Origin: a candidate division FCPU426 bacterium | GTDB taxonomy: Bacteria > Oederibacteriota > PGYV01 > Palsa-1178 | Direction: 5' to 3' | Assembly: GCA_963840035.1 (NCBI GenBank) | Contig: CAWIXE010000001.1 | Coordinates: forward strand, 704,001-768,000 | DNA: 64,000 bases | Shown: piece after piece, positions 58,569-64,000 of the stretch | Layout of the letters: the number at the start of each line of letters is the position of its first letter | Position numbering within the stretch: position 1 is the stretch's first letter | Position numbers and translations under genes: made by a program | The notes under the pieces: generated by a model | Seen by the model: only the letters and a program-made list of their open reading frames with translations | Database searches by the model: none | What the model was told of the DNA's origin: nothing

Positions 58569-61178
58569 ATGAAAAGGATCGGTTTACTCTTTCTTGCAGT
58601 GCTTATCACTGTAAGTTCCCATGCCGCCTTGCTCATCGACGACGCTGAGACGGGTACGGCCGTAAATACGCTCAACGGGAACTGGATAACCTATAATGAC
58701 GGCCATTCATCCGCAACATTTATCCCTGATTCCGCGCCAGCGTACGCTGGAAGTTACAGCAGGCGTATGGACTGGGAGATGATATCCGGCAGTACGGACC
58801 TTTTTGCGGGAACGGCCTGCGGATTGAATTCTTCATGGGCTGCTGTCGACATGAGCGCATATTACGGCCTTCGTTTTTACGCGAAGGGGAGCGGCGATTA
58901 CGCGGTATATGCCGGGGAGGAAGAGACAAGGGCCGATAACAACCACTATTCCGTGTCTATAACCCTGACTTCCTCCTGGAAGCTATACGAACTGCCTTTT
59001 TCCGGATTTGCCCAGACATGGGGGACTCATCAGGTCTGGGACCCCGCGAAAATTTTCTCTATAGGGTTTACCGCCTCCGGGGCGCCGGGCCAGACTGGCG
59101 CGCTGTATTTTGACAATGTGGAATTTTACACGCAGGCGGAAGGCGCGCCCCTGGCCGACCCCAACGTGATTATCCTGCAGCCAAAGGTAAACCAGCTTGG
59201 ATACCTGCCGGCTGAAAAAAAGTATTTTACTGTGGTGACAAATACGGCTTCAGCAAACGACACTTTCAGGATATTTGACGCAGGCGGCAATACCGCCTTT
59301 ACCGGCACGATAACAGGCGCTCCCGTCGACGAAAGGCAGGTTTCCGGCGAAGGCGTATATAAGGCTGATTTTTCAGGGCTGACAGTCCCGGGCACCTACC
59401 ATGCGGAAATAAACGGCATGGAAAGCTTTACCTTCAGGATAGCGGAAAACGTATATGACAAACTTTTCAAAGACGCGCTCAGGTGTTTTTACCTGATACG
59501 CTGCGGTACTTCCGTGGATGACCCCATAACCGGGCTGCAGCGCAACGCCTGCCATACCGCGCCGGACACCATACGCGGAGGAACAGGAACAAGGGACTTA
59601 AGCGGCGGCTGGCACAATGCCGGCGACCTGGGCAAATGGTGCCACGAGGAAGCCATATCATGCTCGTACATGCTCTGGCTTTATGAACTCAAGAAAAGCA
59701 AAATGAAAAATATCAAGAACAGCATACCGGAATCAAATAACGCGGTATCCGACCTTTTAGACGAGGCAAAGTGGGGGCTTGACTGGCTGCTGAAACTGCA
59801 GCTCCCGGATGGCAGCGTATATCATAAGTCTGACACTGAGCCCAATTTCTGTTTCGGCACCAAACCCGACCTGGACCCTTATGTTCGGTACGCCGCGTTT
59901 CAGGGAAAGGACTTTCCACAGACGCCGTCCTCCATAGACGCTGCCGTGTTCGCGGCAGTGATGGCGCAGGCCTCCAGGGTTTATAAGGATATCCTGCCGG
60001 CATACGCCGCGGTCTGCCGTGAGGCAGCACTTAAGTCGTGGAACTGGCTCAAGGACCACAGGGGAGTGTCGTCGACCGACCCGTATTATCTCCAGAACCT
60101 GAGCGCGCCGGGACCCACGGGCTGGATGAATGACCCGGCAGATACATATCAGGAGGAGGAGTGGGCCATGGCCGAGATATACAGGCTCACCGGAGATCCC
60201 ACTGTGCTGTCGCTTTTCGACGCGGACACGAACCTGCATCCCCTCGGGACCATTGCCTGGTGGTCGCCGGAATTCTTCGGCTACTTCTCGCTGTACCAGG
60301 ACCCGAGAACTCCGCAGGCAATAAAGGACAAGATACGCACAAGGATAGACGCGCTGTGCGGCCAGCTTGTAAATACCGCGAACACCGCGGGGTACGGGGT
60401 GGTGAACAGCCTCGGCGATTATTACTGGGAGAGCAATGAGAACGTGATGCATAAGGCGAACAACCTTTTGATGGGATATCTGATAACCGGAAAAACAGCG
60501 TATAAGGATACGGCGCTGGCGCAGCTGGGTTACATACTGGGCAACAACAGCCTGAACATGGTATTTGTCACAAAGGAAGGGACGAACTACAACCAGCACC
60601 CTTATAACTGGATATATTTCGATTACGGCATATTATTCCCGGGCTGGGCTTCCGGCGGGCCCAATGGCAACCTGAGCGCCTACGGCGCGGGGGGCCCTGT
60701 GGACGCGCCGCTTACCGCGCTCATCAAACTGGGCACACCGCCGGCAAAATGCTGGCTGGACGTATGCACGTCATCGGGTTCCTACGCGTCCAACGAGGGC
60801 GAGACCTCGGCAAACGCGGCGCTCGTGTTCCTGTCGGGTTTTTTTTTAAGCAGTGAGGACGCGGAGGCGGGGCTTGACAGGGCCATGCTGCCGGTTGATA
60901 AATCTACGGACGTCGTCGCCTATCCCGTCCCATGCGACATGAGAAAAGGGGCTGCCGGAATAACTTTTGCCAACCTGCCGGCGGGCGCCGAGCTGAGCAT
61001 ATACAACATGAGCGGCGAGCTGGTGCATAAAGCGGAAATAAAAGGGCAGGACGGCATTTATTTCTGGGAATTAAGCGAACTGAGAAGATACAAAAAACTG
61101 GCTGCGGGAGTTTATGTTTATTCCGTAGCGGACAAAAAGGGATATTTTTATAAAGAAAAGATAGCTATCATAAGATGA
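58569..61178 (+). CDS. CBM11-like domain, Ig-like CelD-N, GH9 endoglucanase, T9SS-like CTD
   Basis: VNQLGYLP, ADFS....PG.Y, RCG, DLSGGWHNAGD, DLLDE.KW..DW, YILG.N, YASNE; YPVP...IYNMSGELV...AAGVY...KIAIIR. Confidence 0.88.
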   Translation: MKRIGLLFLAVLITVSSHAALLIDDAETGTAVNTLNGNWITYNDGHSSATFIPDSAPAYAGSYSRRMDWEMISGSTDLFAGTACGLNSSWAAVDMSAYYGLRFYAKGSGDYAVYAGEEETRADNNHYSVSITLTSSWKLYELPFSGFAQTWGTHQVWDPAKIFSIGFTASGAPGQTGALYFDNVEFYTQAEGAPLADPNVIILQPKVNQLGYLPAEKKYFTVVTNTASANDTFRIFDAGGNTAFTGTITGAPVDERQVSGEGVYKADFSGLTVPGTYHAEINGMESFTFRIAENVYDKLFKDALRCFYLIRCGTSVDDPITGLQRNACHTAPDTIRGGTGTRDLSGGWHNAGDLGKWCHEEAISCSYMLWLYELKKSKMKNIKNSIPESNNAVSDLLDEAKWGLDWLLKLQLPDGSVYHKSDTEPNFCFGTKPDLDPYVRYAAFQGKDFPQTPSSIDAAVFAAVMAQASRVYKDILPAYAAVCREAALKSWNWLKDHRGVSSTDPYYLQNLSAPGPTGWMNDPADTYQEEEWAMAEIYRLTGDPTVLSLFDADTNLHPLGTIAWWSPEFFGYFSLYQDPRTPQAIKDKIRTRIDALCGQLVNTANTAGYGVVNSLGDYYWESNENVMHKANNLLMGYLITGKTAYKDTALAQLGYILGNNSLNMVFVTKEGTNYNQHPYNWIYFDYGILFPGWASGGPNGNLSAYGAGGPVDAPLTALIKLGTPPAKCWLDVCTSSGSYASNEGETSANAALVFLSGFFLSSEDAEAGLDRAMLPVDKSTDVVAYPVPCDMRKGAAGITFANLPAGAELSIYNMSGELVHKAEIKGQDGIYFWELSELRRYKKLAAGVYVYSVADKKGYFYKEKIAIIR

Positions 61179-61339
61179 GCAAAGCGCGGCGCTGATTTTT
61201 ACAAACCCTGCCTGTGATTAAATGAGGATGAATTCACATTAAGGATTTAAGCCGGGTTTCATCCAAACACCATACCCCGGATTCAAGCCGCCTATTATGC
61301 GGTTTTTATTTTTTCTGTGAACAGCAATAAATCATGCGG

Positions 61340-62674
61340 TTATCTAAAGGACTTCACGTATGTCTTATAATCCGTCATGTCAAGGGCCATGAAATACGGG
61401 ATGCCCGCGGCGGTTACTATGTATAAAAAACTGCTGGCGCCGGGCGTGAGATATCCGGTGCCGATTTGGGACCATGCCGAACCGTTATAATGCATGGCCA
61501 CGGCGTTATAGTTTCCTCCGTTGAAGACCTGATAGGCGGCATAGATTGAATTCTCGTTTTCCACAAATATTGACCTGTAGGTGCTGACAGCCTGTTCCGC
61601 CCCGAAACCGGGAGTCCCGACGTCCGTCCATATGCTCAGGTTGTCGCTGTAGGATTTCACCGACGGTTTATAGCCCTGTGAAGCGGAGGAATACATGACG
61701 TAAAGCGAACCGTTATAGAGATATGATGATGAGGAATACTGAGTGTTCGCAATGTTGCCGTTGACTATGGACATCCATACGCCTGAAGCCTGCGTGTATT
61801 TGTATACCTGCACTGATTTATCGCTTGATTCCGTATAGGAAACATATGTGGTGGTTCCGTCCGTGGTTAATTTAATGTTATTTGCCTGCGTGGTGACGTA
61901 TATGGGGGAACCCAGCGTTTCCCACGCCGGGGATGAAAATGATTTTACATATATTTTATTACCGTCGGCTGACTCGCAGTAAGCCGCGTAAGGCACTGAG
62001 TTATAGGCGGCCACGGAAATATTTGACGTGCTTGAGGCGGAAAGCGAGCCGCCCACATCAGACCATGAAGCGCCGTCGTATGAAATTACCTTCATAACAT
62101 AAGGGCTCTGGGTCCTGACCATGGCGTATATATTTGTCCCGGCAGGATCCGCCGCAATCTCAAGGGCCTCGGCATTCGGGCAGAAGGTGCCTGTGCCAAG
62201 CCTGGCCCACGAGTCTGTCAGCGCGGAATAACCGTAAACATAAGCGCTGAAATAGTCGCCTCCGCTTTTGGATATATAACCGGCGTAGAGCCCGGCGCCT
62301 TTTGCCGCGAGGGTGCTCGGGTATCCTGAAGAGACAAAATAGGTGCCGCCGGTATTGGACCACTTCGGCGTCTGTGTGGAGGTCGGGGTTGCTGTCGAAG
62401 TGGAAGTTATCGTTGCTGTCGGCGTTATGGTGGAGGTTTTGGTAGCGGTTGACGTGACAGTTAAAGTCGGCGACATGGTTGATGTCGGCGTTATGGTAGA
62501 TGTTTTGGTTGCGGTTGACGTGGGAGGAGGGGTGAAAGACTGCGTTATCGTAGGCGTGCATGATGGAGTAAAGACCGGGGCCGGCGAAGAGGGCGTATTT
62601 TTTTTGCAGGAAACGGAAAATAAAGCCGGCATAAACAGGATCATAAATATGGACACAATTCTGGTAAGTTTCAT
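61340..62674 (-). CDS. Lipoprotein with Thr-rich linker and beta-propeller-like repeats
   Basis: Lipobox SVSC; GGAGG RBS; repeated Y.AY...V..Y.G..W..VG blades. Confidence 0.75.
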   Translation of the reverse strand: MKLTRIVSIFMILFMPALFSVSCKKNTPSSPAPVFTPSCTPTITQSFTPPPTSTATKTSTITPTSTMSPTLTVTSTATKTSTITPTATITSTSTATPTSTQTPKWSNTGGTYFVSSGYPSTLAAKGAGLYAGYISKSGGDYFSAYVYGYSALTDSWARLGTGTFCPNAEALEIAADPAGTNIYAMVRTQSPYVMKVISYDGASWSDVGGSLSASSTSNISVAAYNSVPYAAYCESADGNKIYVKSFSSPAWETLGSPIYVTTQANNIKLTTDGTTTYVSYTESSDKSVQVYKYTQASGVWMSIVNGNIANTQYSSSSYLYNGSLYVMYSSASQGYKPSVKSYSDNLSIWTDVGTPGFGAEQAVSTYRSIFVENENSIYAAYQVFNGGNYNAVAMHYNGSAWSQIGTGYLTPGASSFLYIVTAAGIPYFMALDMTDYKTYVKSFR

Positions 62675-62877
62675 AAAGCCTCCTTATATGGTATGAAACA
62701 GATTAGCTTATTGGATTTGAAAAGTAAAACAAAATAACGCAAAATAGCAAAAAACCAGAACTCGGAGTTTTGGCAAAAGGCTGCGCTGGTAGCTCTGGTG
62801 GGAAAGGCTGAATAAATCCGGAAAGAACAGAGCAAATTCTGCATCATAATTTGTACAGTTAAGATGATGGCTTTACA

Positions 62878-62998
62878 GCCTGTCATTGCGAGGAGCCGTA
62901 TTTGTTTTATGGCGACGAAGCAATCTTGTTTAAGCGTTATAAAACAGCCGGATTGCTTCGTCGGCATGGAACTATGACGCCTCCTCGCAATGACAGGC
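62878..62998. repeat. Palindromic miniature element (TGTCATTGCGAGGAG...GAAGCAATC / GATTGCTTC...CTCCTCGCAATGACA)
   Basis: Long terminal and internal inverted repeats, non-coding. Confidence 0.85.
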
Positions 62999-63013
62999 TG
63001 TCAAATTGACAAC

Positions 63014-63086
63014 TTAACAGCACACATAATTAACATGTATTTAACAATTATTTGTTAATGTTTATGTTATAAAAGTATTGTATAAT
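63014..63086 (+). promoter_or_regulatory. Pho-box-like TTAACA direct repeats
   Basis: TTAACA at 63014, 63030 and 63041 (last two 11 bp apart); TATAAT at 63081. Confidence 0.55.
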
Positions 63087-63111
63087 TAGCCATCAACAGA
63101 AAGGGGACATA

Positions 63112-63789
63112 ATGGAAAAAATAATAGCTGTCGTGGACGACGAGGAAGATATACGCGAGCTTGTGTCCGTCAACCTTAAAAAGGCCGGATATAAGGTAAA
63201 GGAATACCCTGACGCTGACGCGTTTTTAAAATCCATTTCAAAATCCATGCCCGACCTTATCATCATGGACATCATGATGCCCGGGACCGACGGCCTGGAA
63301 GCCTGCAGGATACTTAAAAAAGAGGCAAAGTATTCGGGCATACCTATAATAATGCTTACGGCAAAAACCGACGTATCAGACAAGATAACCGGCCTGGACA
63401 CGGGCGCGGATGATTATGTTTCAAAGCCGTTTTCACCCAGGGAACTTACGGCAAGGGTAAAGGCGGTCTTAAGAAGGGGCAAGAAAACTGAAGCGTCAGC
63501 TGAGCTGGTAAAGCTGGGCGGGATATCCATAAACAGGGAAAAGCATGAAGTGCTGGTAAAGGGCAAGAGCATAGAACTGACGGCGACGGAATTTAACATA
63601 CTCGAGATAATGGCTTCAAAGACAGGCAGGGTGTTTTCCAGGGAGCAGCTGCTGGACACCCTGTGGGGAAATGAAAAAACAGTCGTGGACAGGACCGTGG
63701 ATGTCCACATAAAGCACTTAAGGACAAAACTCGGGGCCGCCGGCAAGATGATAAAGAACGTGCGCGGAGTGGGGTATAAAATAGGATAA
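63112..63789 (+). CDS. OmpR/PhoB family response regulator
   Basis: VVDDE, DIMMPG.DG, MLTAK, GADDY..KPF, LT.TEF, RTVDVHI..LR.KL, VRGVGY. Confidence 0.95.
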   Translation: MEKIIAVVDDEEDIRELVSVNLKKAGYKVKEYPDADAFLKSISKSMPDLIIMDIMMPGTDGLEACRILKKEAKYSGIPIIMLTAKTDVSDKITGLDTGADDYVSKPFSPRELTARVKAVLRRGKKTEASAELVKLGGISINREKHEVLVKGKSIELTATEFNILEIMASKTGRVFSREQLLDTLWGNEKTVVDRTVDVHIKHLRTKLGAAGKMIKNVRGVGYKIG

Positions 63790-64000
63790 TGAAAAGGTCA
63801 ATATTCGGCAGGATATTTTTCAGCTATGTGCTGCTGACAGCGGCGCTTTCCACGTTAATTATATTCTTTTCCTTCCGCGCGGTTAAGGACCATTATATAC
63901 AGTTTGAAACCGCGAACCTGCGCGAAGAATCCCGCATACTCATACACACCATAGACCCGTACCTGTTAAAAACAGATTATAAGGGAATTGACTCGCTGCT
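63789..64000 (+). CDS. Sensor histidine kinase (PhoR-like), 5' fragment
   Basis: TAATG overlap with regulator; MKRSIFGRIFFSY plus TM; runs off right edge. Confidence 0.65.
   Translation, partial: MKRSIFGRIFFSYVLLTAALSTLIIFFSFRAVKDHYIQFETANLREESRILIHTIDPYLLKTDYKGIDSL

Noticed and set aside
59757..60599. 280-aa antisense ORF, and a similar one at 45958-46671
   Set aside because: Lies opposite well-supported genes in GC3-rich sequence and has no motifs
21743..61178. Cellulosome or Bacteroidota-type PUL
   Set aside because: No dockerin, cohesin, SusC or SusD sequences recognised
1..64000. tRNA, rRNA, known riboswitches, stop-codon reassignment, reverse transcriptase or DGR
   Set aside because: No recognisable signatures by eye and all three stops end genes normally; an Infernal/tRNAscan run would be needed to exclude small RNAs

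Overview
Bacterial chromosomal window from a diderm polysaccharide degrader. The gene style (Thr/Pro-rich linkers, YPNP-type C-terminal domains, PorV-like barrel) resembles Candidatus Goldbacteria-like genomes, but that taxonomy is a guess. Housekeeping genes (guaA 3' part, glycogen debranching enzyme, xerD, phoB/phoR-like) frame a large secretome. Seven exported proteins end in a type IX secretion (T9SS)-like C-terminal domain (CTD): a malectin/CBM9 protein, a frameshifted GH30-GH43-CBM6-GH10-CBM22-CBM3 xylanase, GH74, an NHL protein, a clan-A GH, a GH129-like protein and GH9. Several Thr-rich lipoproteins are also present. The best candidate for an undescribed system is a translationally coupled six-gene operon at 13440-20135: non-catalytic carbohydrate-binding CTD cargo, PorV-like barrel fused to TPRs, membrane HAMP-PP2C phosphatase, STAS protein, RsbW-like kinase and LacI regulator. 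It may be a trans-envelope glycan-sensing partner switch. The window also holds an IS30 element with a 15-bp target duplication, an AT-rich defence island (vsr remnant, C5 methyltransferase, DUF4928, unknown gene, DUF3883 nuclease), a 41-unit heptamer array, REP-like hairpins with nested mini-insertions, repeated operator palindromes and two probable AUY start codons. No rRNA, tRNA or CRISPR array was seen. Family assignments come from motif recognition by eye, not database searches.
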